This document shows, piece after piece, positions 7,954 to 17,132 of a stretch of DNA of 64,000 nucleotides. Below the pieces are notes generated by a model. That model was not told where the DNA came from. It did not search any database and saw only the letters and a program-made list of their open reading frames with translations. The DNA lies in NCBI GenBank assembly GCA_965214655.1, contig OZ243965.1, positions 1,669,716 to 1,733,715 of the forward strand, in the 5' to 3' direction. The first letter of the stretch is position 1. Each line of letters begins with the position of its first letter. The translations under genes were made by a program, and so were the position numbers. Source of the stretch: Bryobacterales bacterium (GTDB lineage: Bacteria > Acidobacteriota > Terriglobia > Bryobacterales > UBA6623).

Positions 7954-9090
7954 ATGAAGCGCCGTGAATTTCTCGCGCTGACGGCTGCCGCCGGCGCCTG
8001 CTCGTCCGACCCGATCCCGCCGGACCCCGAACCGGAGTTCCCCAAATTTCTAAGCGGCTACGAAGAGCTTTACGTCCGAGACCCGCGCGCTGCAACGCTT
8101 GAATGGTTCACCGGCGCGGATTTCGGACTTTTCCTGCACTACGGCGTTTACAGCCAACTCAAGCGCGGCGAATGGGCGCAGTTGCGCGAACGCATCCCCG
8201 TTGCCGAATACGCCAAGCTCAAAGACTCCTTCGACCCCCAAAATTTCGACGCCGGCAAGATCGTCGCCCTGGCCGCCGCCGCGGGCATGAAATACGTCAA
8301 CCTCACCGCCCGCCACCATGACAGCTTTTGTCTGTTCCGCACCAACGAGACCGACTTCAACAGCCTCGACGCCTGCGGCCGCGACCTCGTAGGCGAGCTG
8401 GCCGACGCCTGCCAGGCCAAGGGTCTGGGCCTTTTCCTGTACTATTCGTACGCGCTCGATTGGCGGCATCCCTACTTCTACCCCCGCGAGACCGCGCGGC
8501 TCGACTGGCGCAACTCCCGCCCCGACTACGCAGAGCCGCAGCCCGAGTACAAATTCGAGAAGGACGAAGACTTCCTGCACTACATCAAGTTCGTCCACGC
8601 GCAACTCAAGGAAATCATCTACCGCTACCGCCCGCTGGCGGGCGTCTGGCTCGACCCGATCATGGGCTTCTACGCCCGTCCGGAGTTGTTCCCCATCGAG
8701 CAGACTTACGCCATCGTCCGCGAGGCGCAGCCCGGCATTCTGATCTGCTTCAAGCAGGGCGCGAACGGCGACGAAGACTTCACCGCCCCCGAGCGCGAGC
8801 CCCGCGCCCATCCGAGAGGAGGCAAGATCGCCGCCGACGTCTGGGAGTTGAACAAGCACAAACCCATCGAGATCTGCGACACGCTGCAGCCCCGCGCCTG
8901 GGGCTACGACGAGCGCAACGAAGGCGCGCATCGCAGCGCCGACGACGTCATGGACATGCTCGAACACTGCAAGCGGTACGACGCCAACCTGCTGCTCAAC
9001 ACCGGCCCGCTGCCGGACGGCTCGATCCATGCGGCGGACGAGCGGACGCTGCTGGAAGCAGGCCGCCGCCTGCGCGCGGCCCGCGCTTAG
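7954..9090 (+). CDS. alpha-L-fucosidase (GH29), lipoprotein/secreted
   Basis: 378 aa. Signal MKRREFLALTAAAGAC (Cys lipobox-like). GH29 blocks FGLFLHYGVYS, KYVNLTARHHDSFCLF and LFLYYSYALDW. Confidence 0.85.
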   Translation: MKRREFLALTAAAGACSSDPIPPDPEPEFPKFLSGYEELYVRDPRAATLEWFTGADFGLFLHYGVYSQLKRGEWAQLRERIPVAEYAKLKDSFDPQNFDAGKIVALAAAAGMKYVNLTARHHDSFCLFRTNETDFNSLDACGRDLVGELADACQAKGLGLFLYYSYALDWRHPYFYPRETARLDWRNSRPDYAEPQPEYKFEKDEDFLHYIKFVHAQLKEIIYRYRPLAGVWLDPIMGFYARPELFPIEQTYAIVREAQPGILICFKQGANGDEDFTAPEREPRAHPRGGKIAADVWELNKHKPIEICDTLQPRAWGYDERNEGAHRSADDVMDMLEHCKRYDANLLLNTGPLPDGSIHAADERTLLEAGRRLRAARA

Positions 9091-9145
9091 CGTCCGCCGT
9101 GTACACTACTCTATTACCCGCTGAACCCCAAGGAGGAATTGCGTT

Positions 9146-10018
9146 TTGCACTGGGTCGACTACCAACGCCCCGAGTCTCTCGACGCCGCCCTGAAAGCGT
9201 TCGCCGCAAACGCCGGCAAGGCGAAGGCGCTCGCCGGCGGCACCGATCTGCTCGTTCAAATGCGCGCCGGCAGATGCGCGAGCGGCGTCCTCGTGGACAT
9301 CAAGCGCATCCCCGAGCTCAACGCGATGAGCTACAGCCCCGAGCAGGGCCTGACGCTCGGAGCGGCCGTCCCCTGCTACCGCATTTATGGAGACGAGACC
9401 GTCTCGGCGGCCTATCCGGCCCTGATCGACGCCGTCTCGATTATCGGCGGAACGCAGATCCAGGGACGCGCCTCGGTCGGCGGCAATCTCTGCAACGCCG
9501 CGCCGAGCGCCGACATTGTCCCCGTGTTGATTGCCTTGGGGGTCGTATGCAAGGCCGCCTCGGCGGGCGGAACCCGAGAGATAGCAGCCGAAGATTTTTG
9601 CACCGCGCCGGGCAAGAATGCGCTGGCCGCGGGCGAGTTGCTCGTCTCGCTGCATTTTCCGCCGCCCGCACCGCATTCCGGGGCCCGCTACATCCGCTTC
9701 ATCCCGCGCAACGAGATGGACATCGCCGTGGTCGGGGCCGGCGTCTCCGTCACCTTGGCGGACGGCAGGTTCTCCGCGGCGCGCGTCGCCCTGGCGTCGG
9801 TCGCCCCGACGCCGCTGTTCGTCAAAGAAGCCGGCGCGGCCCTTGTCGGGCAGCCCGTCCATGCCGCGTCCATCGCCAAAGCCGCCGCGGCCGCCAAGGG
9901 CGCGGCCAAACCGATCACCGACATGCGCGGAACGGCCGCGTACCGCCGCAATCTCTGCGCAGTGCTCACCCGCCGCGCCCTTGAGGACGCCGTCGCAAGA
10001 GCCGGCGGGAAGCTTTAA
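9146..10018 (+). CDS. xanthine dehydrogenase-family molybdoenzyme, FAD-binding (medium) subunit
   Basis: 290 aa with LAGGTDLLVQMR and CoxM/XdhB-like architecture. TTG start preceded by a strong AAGGAGG about 9 nt upstream. Confidence 0.85.
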   Translation: MHWVDYQRPESLDAALKAFAANAGKAKALAGGTDLLVQMRAGRCASGVLVDIKRIPELNAMSYSPEQGLTLGAAVPCYRIYGDETVSAAYPALIDAVSIIGGTQIQGRASVGGNLCNAAPSADIVPVLIALGVVCKAASAGGTREIAAEDFCTAPGKNALAAGELLVSLHFPPPAPHSGARYIRFIPRNEMDIAVVGAGVSVTLADGRFSAARVALASVAPTPLFVKEAGAALVGQPVHAASIAKAAAAAKGAAKPITDMRGTAAYRRNLCAVLTRRALEDAVARAGGKL

Positions 10019-10035
10019 CGGAGGCGGAAACGAAA

Positions 10036-10521
10036 ATGAAGAAAACCCAAGTGCAAACAACCGTCAACGGCCAGCCGGTCGAGTTTCTTTGCGAACCCCG
10101 CCAGTCGCTGCTGGAGGTCTTGCGCGACAACCTTGGCCTTACCGGCACGAAGGAAGGCTGCAACGACGGCAATTGCGGCGCCTGCACCGTCGAGATGGAC
10201 GGGCGCATCGTGCCCGCCTGCCTCGTGCTCGGCGTCGAAGCCGAGGGAGCGCAAATCGTCACCATCGAGGGCATCGCACTGGGCAGCGGCCTGCACGAGG
10301 TGCAGAAGGCGTTTCTCGAAGGCGCCGCGCTGCAATGCGGCGTCTGCACGCCCGGCTTCATCGTGGCGGCCAAGGCGCTGCTCGAACAGAACCCCGACCC
10401 GACGGAGCATGAAATCCGTTTCTGGCTGGCGAACAATCTTTGCCGCTGCACCGGCTACGATAAGATCGTCCGCTCGGTCCAGGCCGCCGCTTGCCGGCTC
10501 CGCGAGGAGGTATCCGCATGA
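10036..10521 (+). CDS. xanthine dehydrogenase-family molybdoenzyme, [2Fe-2S] (small) subunit
   Basis: 161 aa. Cysteine clusters CNDGNCGACTV and CGVCTPG...CRCTGY are typical of CoxS/XdhC-type small subunits. Confidence 0.9.
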   Translation: MKKTQVQTTVNGQPVEFLCEPRQSLLEVLRDNLGLTGTKEGCNDGNCGACTVEMDGRIVPACLVLGVEAEGAQIVTIEGIALGSGLHEVQKAFLEGAALQCGVCTPGFIVAAKALLEQNPDPTEHEIRFWLANNLCRCTGYDKIVRSVQAAACRLREEVSA

Positions 10522-12863
10522 GTACGACGCTCGATCCCGTCCAAACCAAAGCCGCGGTCAACGGCGCCGCGGCAAATGGGGTCCGCCCGTCGCCGGCATA
10601 CGAGCCCAACATGGTGCTGGCGACCCGCGCTTACGACGTGGTCGGCACGCGCCCGGTGCGCCACGACGGCGCGGACAAGGTCACCGGCCGCGCGCTCTAC
10701 GGAGCGGACAAGCAGTTGGCGGGCCTGCTGCACGGGTTCGTCCTGCGCAGCCCCCACGCCCACGCCAAGATCGTCTCCATCGACACTGCGCAAGCCGAGG
10801 CGCTCGACGGCGTATTCGCGGTGGTCACGGCCGCCGATCTGCCGCCCGCCCGGGACAAGATCGTCGATGTCGGCGAAGGCGACACTCGGCTCGCCTACGT
10901 CCACGGCAACATCCTGGCCAAAGGCAAGACGCTGTACAAAGGCCACGCCGTCGCCGCGGTCGCCGCGAGCAGCGTCCACGTCGCCGAGCAGGCCGCCAAG
11001 CTGATCGAGGTCGAGTACGAACCGCTCGGCTCGTCGATGACCGCCCCGGAGGCGATGCGCGCCGGCGCCCCGCTGCTGCACGACGATCTCAAAACCGTGG
11101 AGTACGGCCAACAGACCGACCGGGCGTCGAACGTCGCCCAGCACTTTCAGTGGAAGATCGGAGACACCGGCGCAGGCTTCGCCAAGGCCGACGTCATCGT
11201 CGAGCGCGCTTTCGACACGGCGACCGTCCACCAGGGCTATATCGAGCCGCACAACGCCACCGCGCTGTGGAACAACGACGGCCGCGTCCATATCTGGACA
11301 TCGACTCAGGGCGCATTCGTCGTCCGCGACGTCACCGCGACGATCCTCGAAATCCCCGTCTCGCAGATCAGGGTCACGCCGATGGAAATCGGCGGCGGCT
11401 TCGGCGGCAAGATTCCGGTCTACCTCGAGCCCGTCGCCGCCCTGCTCTCGAAAAAGACCGGGCGGCCGGTGAAGCTGGTCATGACGCGCGCCGACGTATT
11501 GGAAGGAACGGGTCCGACGCCGGGATCTCACGTCAGCGTCAAGATCGGCGCAACGAAAGACGGAAAGATCACCGCGATGGAGGCCGTCCTGGCCTACGAA
11601 GCCGGCGCCTATCCGGGATCGTTCGTCGCCCCCGGCGGCATGTGCATTTTCGCGGCGTACGCCTGTGAGAACGCCGCCGTCGATTGCTACGACGTCGTGG
11701 TCAACAAGCCGAGCAGCGCCGCCTACCGCGCGCCGGGAGCGACGCAGGCCGCCTTTGCGGCCGAGCAGGCGATCGACGAAATCGCCGGCAGGCTGGGCAT
11801 CGACCCCATCGAATTCCGCCTGCAAAACGCCGCGCAAGAAGGCGTGCGCCGCGTGGACGGACCGAAATTCAGACGCATCGGCTGCATCGAGACGCTCGAA
11901 GCGATGAAGAATCACCCGCACTACGGCGCGCCGCTCGAAGGCCCCAACCGCGGGCGCGGCGTGGCCGTGGGGTTCTGGTTCAACGTCGGCCTGGAGTCGA
12001 GCTGCACGCTGAGCGTCAACTCCGACGGCACGGTCAATCTGATCGAAGGCTCGACCGACATCGGCGGCACGCGCACCTCGATCGCGATGCAGGCCGCCGA
12101 AGTTCTCGGCATTCCCGCCGAGGACATCAACCCGCAAGTCGTCGATACGGATTCGGTCGGCTACACCTCCGTCACCGGCGGCAGCCGCACGACGTTCGCC
12201 ACCGGTTGGGCCGCGCACGACGCCGCGCAAAAAATCGTCGAAGAGATGAAGGCGCGCGCGGCCAAGCTGCTCGAAGCGGACGCCGCGAACGTGACCCACG
12301 AGAAAGGCGTTTATTCCGCCGGCGGCAAGGGCGTCGGCTTTCGGGAAATTGCCGCCCAGGCAAGCCGCACGGGCGGTCCGATCAGCGCCTCCGCTACGGT
12401 AAAGCCGCGCGGCGTCGGCGGTTCTTACGCCGGCAACATCGTCGATGTCGAAGTCGATCCCGAAACCGGCAAGGTCGATATCCTGCGCTTCACCGTCTTC
12501 CAGGACGTCGGCAAGGCCGTCCATCCGAGCTACGTCGAGGGGCAGATGCAAGGCGGTTCGGCGCAGGGCATCGGCTGGGCGCTCAATGAGGAGTATTTCA
12601 TGGGCGCCGACGGCGGCATGCAGAACAACACGCTGCTCGACTACCGCATGCCGACCGCGCTCGACCTGCCGATGATCGACACCTGCATCGTCGAAGTGGC
12701 CAATCCCGGCCATCCCTACGGCGTGCGCGGCGTCGGCGAAGCCAACATCGTTCCGCCGCCGGCGGCGATCGCCAACGCGATTCACAACGCCGTGGGCCGG
12801 CGCCTGCAGCGCCTGCCCATGAATCCGCCCGCCGTGTGGCAGGCCATCGCCGACGGCAGTTGA
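10518..12863 (+). CDS. xanthine dehydrogenase/aldehyde oxidase-family molybdopterin-binding (large) subunit
   Basis: I place the start at ATG 10518 (MSTTLDP...), which overlaps the small-subunit stop as ATGA and follows GAGGAGG. Family blocks GHAVAAVAA, QGYIEPH and GGGFGGK. The active-site loop reads AAYRAPGATQ, not the CO-dehydrogenase signatures. Confidence 0.9.
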   Translation: MSTTLDPVQTKAAVNGAAANGVRPSPAYEPNMVLATRAYDVVGTRPVRHDGADKVTGRALYGADKQLAGLLHGFVLRSPHAHAKIVSIDTAQAEALDGVFAVVTAADLPPARDKIVDVGEGDTRLAYVHGNILAKGKTLYKGHAVAAVAASSVHVAEQAAKLIEVEYEPLGSSMTAPEAMRAGAPLLHDDLKTVEYGQQTDRASNVAQHFQWKIGDTGAGFAKADVIVERAFDTATVHQGYIEPHNATALWNNDGRVHIWTSTQGAFVVRDVTATILEIPVSQIRVTPMEIGGGFGGKIPVYLEPVAALLSKKTGRPVKLVMTRADVLEGTGPTPGSHVSVKIGATKDGKITAMEAVLAYEAGAYPGSFVAPGGMCIFAAYACENAAVDCYDVVVNKPSSAAYRAPGATQAAFAAEQAIDEIAGRLGIDPIEFRLQNAAQEGVRRVDGPKFRRIGCIETLEAMKNHPHYGAPLEGPNRGRGVAVGFWFNVGLESSCTLSVNSDGTVNLIEGSTDIGGTRTSIAMQAAEVLGIPAEDINPQVVDTDSVGYTSVTGGSRTTFATGWAAHDAAQKIVEEMKARAAKLLEADAANVTHEKGVYSAGGKGVGFREIAAQASRTGGPISASATVKPRGVGGSYAGNIVDVEVDPETGKVDILRFTVFQDVGKAVHPSYVEGQMQGGSAQGIGWALNEEYFMGADGGMQNNTLLDYRMPTALDLPMIDTCIVEVANPGHPYGVRGVGEANIVPPPAAIANAIHNAVGRRLQRLPMNPPAVWQAIADGS

Positions 12864-12961
12864 CCGCCCGCCGCAAAAGTTGCGCCTGCGGCGCGGTCAT
12901 GCCGAATCGGCTAGAATAGAAATCTTCCCAGTTCCCAAAATCAAGAAGGAGCGAGACTGAC

Positions 12962-13558
12962 ATGGCCTATTCGGTACCCGATCTTCCCTACGCATTCGAC
13001 GCGCTGGAGCCGCACATCGACGCGCGCACGATGGAAATCCATCACGACAAGCACCACGCGGCTTACGTGGCGAAAGTCAACGCCGCCGTCGCCGGAACCG
13101 AGTTCGACGGCGTAGACATCGACGACCTGATGCGCAACCCGGCCGCGGCGGCCAACGGCGCGATCCGCAACAACGGCGGCGGACACTCCAACCACTCGCT
13201 GTTCTGGACCGTCATGAGCCCCAACGGCGGCGGCGCGCCGACGGGCGATCTCGCCGACGCGATCAACGCCGCATGCGGCGGGTTCGACGGCTTCAAACAG
13301 CAGTTCTCGAACGCCGCGGCAACCCGTTTCGGCAGCGGCTGGGCCTGGCTCAGCGTCGACGGCGGCAAGGTCGTCGTCGAATCGACTCCCAACCAGGACA
13401 CCCCGTTGATGGCAGGCCGCACTCCGATCCTCGGCATCGACGTTTGGGAGCACGCCTACTACCTGAAATATCAGAACCGGCGCCCCGACTACATCGCCGC
13501 GTTCTACAACGTGATCGACTGGAACGCCGTCGCGGCCCGCTTTGCGGCCGCGCAGTAA
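12962..13558 (+). CDS. sodA: superoxide dismutase, Mn type
   Basis: 198 aa with [40 protein letters not shown] and PNQDTPL resemble Mn-SOD rather than Fe-[12 protein letters not shown] is also present. Confidence 0.9.
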   Translation: MAYSVPDLPYAFDALEPHIDARTMEIHHDKHHAAYVAKVNAAVAGTEFDGVDIDDLMRNPAAAANGAIRNNGGGHSNHSLFWTVMSPNGGGAPTGDLADAINAACGGFDGFKQQFSNAAATRFGSGWAWLSVDGGKVVVESTPNQDTPLMAGRTPILGIDVWEHAYYLKYQNRRPDYIAAFYNVIDWNAVAARFAAAQ

Positions 13559-13605
13559 AACGCTTCGGCTCCTCGTGCGCAAGGCGGGCGGCCGCGGCCG
13601 CCTCG

Positions 13606-14841
13606 CTAGCGGCGCATCTGCGGGATGCGGCTGAATCGTTCCGGGCGAAAGGCGGCCGCAGCGGGATCCGGATTGCCGCCAACGATCTCCTCAGCCAGCA
13701 ATTCCCCGGTCAGCGGTCCAAGCTGAATCCCGCGCCGAAAATGCCCCGCCGCGACATAGACGCCCTGCTCCCCCGGCACGGCTCCGACGACCGGATGCGA
13801 ATCCTCGCAAAAGGGCCGGAACCCCGACCAGGCGTACGCGGCGGGCAGGCCGGCCAACGACGGAAACAGCGCTTGGAATTCGCTTTGAATCGCCTCCGCC
13901 GTCGCCTCGTCGACCCCGGGCTCGAAGCCGATGTCGTCTTCGGAGCCGCCGCCTGCGATCGGCCCGCAGGCCGCTTGCCAGTAATAGAATCGGCGGCCGA
14001 AGGTGACGGCGCGCAAGGTCCCCGCCGGCTGCGCGGGCCAGGCGAGCAGCGTGCCGCGAATCGGTCGAATCGGGGGTTCCCAACCCAGAAGCCGCGTCAG
14101 CAGCGGCGTCCAGGCGCCCGCGGTCACGACGACCGCCGGCGCGGAAATCGAGCCTCTGTTCGTCTCTACCCGTCCCTTGCCGATCGACGAGACCGTAGTG
14201 GCGAGACAGATACGGGCTCCGCAATCCCGTAGATACCGGGTCAGCGCAGCGGCCAGCTTGAGCGGGTGTATGGAGCCGTCGTCCGGGAAGAAAAACGCTC
14301 CGCCTGCGTAATCGAGGCGCGGCTCGACTTCCCGAACCGCGCTCCCGGAAACCCATTCCGCCTCCAGACCTGCCGCGCGGGTCCGCTCGACGGCCCTGCG
14401 CGCGTCCGCGACGCCGAGCGAGGCCGCCGGCTTCAGCAGCCCGCCCCGCACGTAATCGAAAGCGAACTCCTCGTCGAGTCGGGCGAACAGTTCCCGGCCG
14501 CGCAGCGCATGCGCGGCGTCGATGCCCCTGTTCAGGTGCTCGTGGGCAAGCCAGATGCCGCCCGCGCTGGCGCCGGTCGATTCGCCGCAAACGCCGCCGC
14601 GGTCCACGACCGCGACATCCCTGACGCCCCGCCGGACCAGCGAGAGAGCGCTGCAAAGCCCGATCATGCCCGCGCCGACGACAACCGCTTCCGCGCTGCG
14701 CGGAGGTTCCGCGGACACGCTCAGCGCCTCGCGCGCTTCGCGCGGCAGGGTGCGGAACCAAACCGAATCGGGCAACCGCCCATCGTAACAAGCGGCCCCC
14801 GCAACGATTGCTTGCGCAACACGGAAACCCGGCAAAGGCAC
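13606..14841 (-). CDS. FAD-dependent oxidoreductase (DAO / glycine-D-amino-acid oxidase family)
   Basis: 411 aa with dinucleotide fold VVVGAGMIGLCSALSLVRRG and a DAO-like length and C-terminus (YVAAGHFRRGIQLGPLTG). Confidence 0.75.
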   Translation of the reverse strand: MPLPGFRVAQAIVAGAACYDGRLPDSVWFRTLPREAREALSVSAEPPRSAEAVVVGAGMIGLCSALSLVRRGVRDVAVVDRGGVCGESTGASAGGIWLAHEHLNRGIDAAHALRGRELFARLDEEFAFDYVRGGLLKPAASLGVADARRAVERTRAAGLEAEWVSGSAVREVEPRLDYAGGAFFFPDDGSIHPLKLAAALTRYLRDCGARICLATTVSSIGKGRVETNRGSISAPAVVVTAGAWTPLLTRLLGWEPPIRPIRGTLLAWPAQPAGTLRAVTFGRRFYYWQAACGPIAGGGSEDDIGFEPGVDEATAEAIQSEFQALFPSLAGLPAAYAWSGFRPFCEDSHPVVGAVPGEQGVYVAAGHFRRGIQLGPLTGELLAEEIVGGNPDPAAAAFRPERFSRIPQMRR

Positions 14842-14898
14842 CGCCGGCCGTTATGCAACACTGGTGACGGGTCGCACAGACACGGAGGGAAACGGAAA

Positions 14899-15909
14899 GT
14901 GAGTCGCCGCTCTTGGAGCGTGCAGAGAACCGCTCTTCTGGTTGGAGCGGCGGTTGCCGCCATTGCCGCCGCGTGGCGGCTCTCCGCATCCGCGGCGGGC
15001 GCGCAGTTTGTCGGCTGGGTCGATGGGCTGCAAGAGTTGTGGGCCCGTCTTTTCTCGAGATTCGACAATTTCGGGCCGACGGCCGTATTGCTGCTCAAGG
15101 CGGCCTTCTTTCTGGCCATCCTCTGGTTCGTTACCAGGATGCTGAGCCGCTCATTCCGCGCCAAGCTCCTCAACAGAACCGCGCTCGATGAGGGGCTGAA
15201 GTTCTCTCTGCAGCGCATCGTTTCGTACTCCTTCTTCACGCTCGGCGCTCTGGCCGGATTGCATATGTTCGGCGTGGACCTCAGCAGCATCGCCGTGTTC
15301 AGCGGCGCGCTCGGAATCGGCCTCGGCCTCGGCTTCCAGACTATCGCCAAGAACTTCGCTTCCGGTTTGATCCTGCTCGTCGAGCAGCCGATCAAGGTGG
15401 GCGACCGCGTGCAGATCGAAGACCTGCTGGGCGACATCGTCCACATCGGCGCGCGCGGAACGTGGGTGCGCACGAACGAGAACGTGGTGATGATCGTCCC
15501 CAATTCCGAATTCATCGAGGGGCGGGTAACGAATTGGACCGCCAACGACCGCAACGTGCGCATCAACGCGCCGTTCGGCGTCTCCTACGAGAGCGATCCC
15601 GAGCACGTGCGCTCCGTGGTCTTGCGCGTCGCGCAGGAACACCCGGACGTGCTCGACGACCCGCCTTGCGACGTTATCTTCATCGGATTCGGCGACAGCT
15701 CCCTCGACTTCGAGTTGCGCGTCTGGACATCCAAGCAGGTGACCACGCCGAAGATCATCGCCAGCGACATCTACTTCAAGCTCTTCGCCGCTTTCAAGCG
15801 AGAGGGGATCGAGATTCCGTATCCGCAGCGCGATTTGCATCTGCGGTCGGTCTCACGGCCCTTTCCTGTCGAGGCCTTGCCTGCGGGCGGTGGTCCCGAG
15901 GCGCGATGA
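14899..15909 (+). CDS. mechanosensitive ion channel (MscS family)
   Basis: I place the start at GTG 14899, preceded by GGAGGGA. TM helices are followed by the MscS core FSGALGIGLGLGFQTIAKNFASGLILLVEQPIKVGDRV and then ...VPNSEF...VTNWT. The upstream 211 codons of the track ORF overlap the divergent FAD gene and are rejected. Confidence 0.85.
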   Translation: MSRRSWSVQRTALLVGAAVAAIAAAWRLSASAAGAQFVGWVDGLQELWARLFSRFDNFGPTAVLLLKAAFFLAILWFVTRMLSRSFRAKLLNRTALDEGLKFSLQRIVSYSFFTLGALAGLHMFGVDLSSIAVFSGALGIGLGLGFQTIAKNFASGLILLVEQPIKVGDRVQIEDLLGDIVHIGARGTWVRTNENVVMIVPNSEFIEGRVTNWTANDRNVRINAPFGVSYESDPEHVRSVVLRVAQEHPDVLDDPPCDVIFIGFGDSSLDFELRVWTSKQVTTPKIIASDIYFKLFAAFKREGIEIPYPQRDLHLRSVSRPFPVEALPAGGGPEAR

Positions 15910-16019
15910 GCTGCCGAAACCGCCGCCGCTGACCGCTCTCGAATCCGTTATTTGCGCGTCCGGCTGGAACTTCCGTCCGCCTGCTTGCGTATCCAACAAG
16001 CGAAAGGAGGCAGCGGCTC

Positions 16020-16586
16020 ATGACCCCTGCAAAACCGCGTTTTCCCAGGCTTGCCCTGATTTTCCTCTGCGTTCTCGCCGCGCCGTTGGCGGCGCAAACA
16101 CCCTGGATCCACACCGAGGTGACCGGCGAGGACGGCTCCCACGTCAAGGTGAATGCCCCGCTCCCGCTGGCTGAAGCCGCCGTTTCGATCATGCCCCGGG
16201 ACATTCAGGAAGAAATCATGGAAGCGGCATCCGAATTCGACATCGACATTGCCGACCTGCGCAAGCTCTGGCAAGCAGTCAAGGCGGCGGGCGACGCCGA
16301 ATTCGTCACTGTCGAGTCCGCAAAGGAAACAGTGCGCATTGTCCGCGCCGGCGACCTGATTCAGATCCGCGTGACCGAGACTGCCGTTTCGGAAGACGCC
16401 GCACCGGCCGAACACAAGGTTGCTGTCGACGTGCCCATAGACGTCATCGAGGCATTGCTCAGCGGCGATTCCGAGACTTTGAATATCGAAGCGGCCGTCG
16501 GGCGGCTGCAGCAAATGCGGGGCGACATCGTGCGCGTCAACGACGGCAAGAACAAGGTTCGCGTCTGGATCGACGAGAAGAGTTGA
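16020..16586 (+). CDS. hypothetical secreted protein (paralogue of the next gene)
   Basis: 188 aa. Signal peptide MTPAKPRFPRLALIFLCVLAAPLAAQ. No family recognised. Confidence 0.55.
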   Translation: MTPAKPRFPRLALIFLCVLAAPLAAQTPWIHTEVTGEDGSHVKVNAPLPLAEAAVSIMPRDIQEEIMEAASEFDIDIADLRKLWQAVKAAGDAEFVTVESAKETVRIVRAGDLIQIRVTETAVSEDAAPAEHKVAVDVPIDVIEALLSGDSETLNIEAAVGRLQQMRGDIVRVNDGKNKVRVWIDEKS

Positions 16587-16592
16587 TCGACC

Positions 16593-17114
16593 ATGAAAAT
16601 CGCTCTCTCCATCGTCGGAGTCCTTGTCCTCGCGGTCGTCGTCACGGTCGCCTGGATGGACTGGCTGATTCTCGACGTCCATGAATCGGGTCCGGACGGT
16701 ACGCGATTTTGGATTCCCGTTCCCAAGGCGGCGGTCCGGTTGGCGGTGCGGGTTGTTCCCGACCAAGCGATGCCCGATATCCGCGCGGCGGAGTTCGCCG
16801 AGTATCGGGCAGGGTTTCGCGCGGTCGCCGACGAACTCGCAAAAATGCCGGATGCGGCGCTTGTCGAGATAACGGACGGCGCCGACCGTGTCGTCATCCG
16901 CAAAGAAGGAGGCCTGATTCTGGTCGAGGCAAGCGACGCAACGGACGAGGTCAGCGTGCGCGTCCCGGTCGCAGCGCTGCGCCATATCGCCGATGCGTAC
17001 GACGGCGAGCGGTTCGACCCGGCGCAAATCGTAAAGGCGCTCGACGAGTTTCCCCCAAGCCACTTCGTCCGCGTGCGCGAGCCCGGCGCGGAGGTGAGAC
17101 TGAGCATTCGCTAG
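16593..17114 (+). CDS. hypothetical membrane-anchored protein (paralogue of the previous gene)
   Basis: 173 aa. N-terminal TM helix MKIALSIVGVLVLAVVVTVAW. Starts 6 nt after the previous stop and shares its motif order by eye. Confidence 0.55.
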   Translation: MKIALSIVGVLVLAVVVTVAWMDWLILDVHESGPDGTRFWIPVPKAAVRLAVRVVPDQAMPDIRAAEFAEYRAGFRAVADELAKMPDAALVEITDGADRVVIRKEGGLILVEASDATDEVSVRVPVAALRHIADAYDGERFDPAQIVKALDEFPPSHFVRVREPGAEVRLSIR

Positions 17115-17132
17115 GTGTACAGTCCCTGTTGC

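Noticed and set aside
9146-12863. Calling the M-S-L three-subunit molybdoenzyme an aerobic CO dehydrogenase (coxMSL).
   Set aside because: Gene order matches cox. However, the large-subunit active-site loop reads AAYRAPGATQ, not the form I (AYxCSFR) or form II (AYRGAGR) signatures I remember. I kept it as a generic xanthine dehydrogenase/aldehyde oxidase family enzyme.
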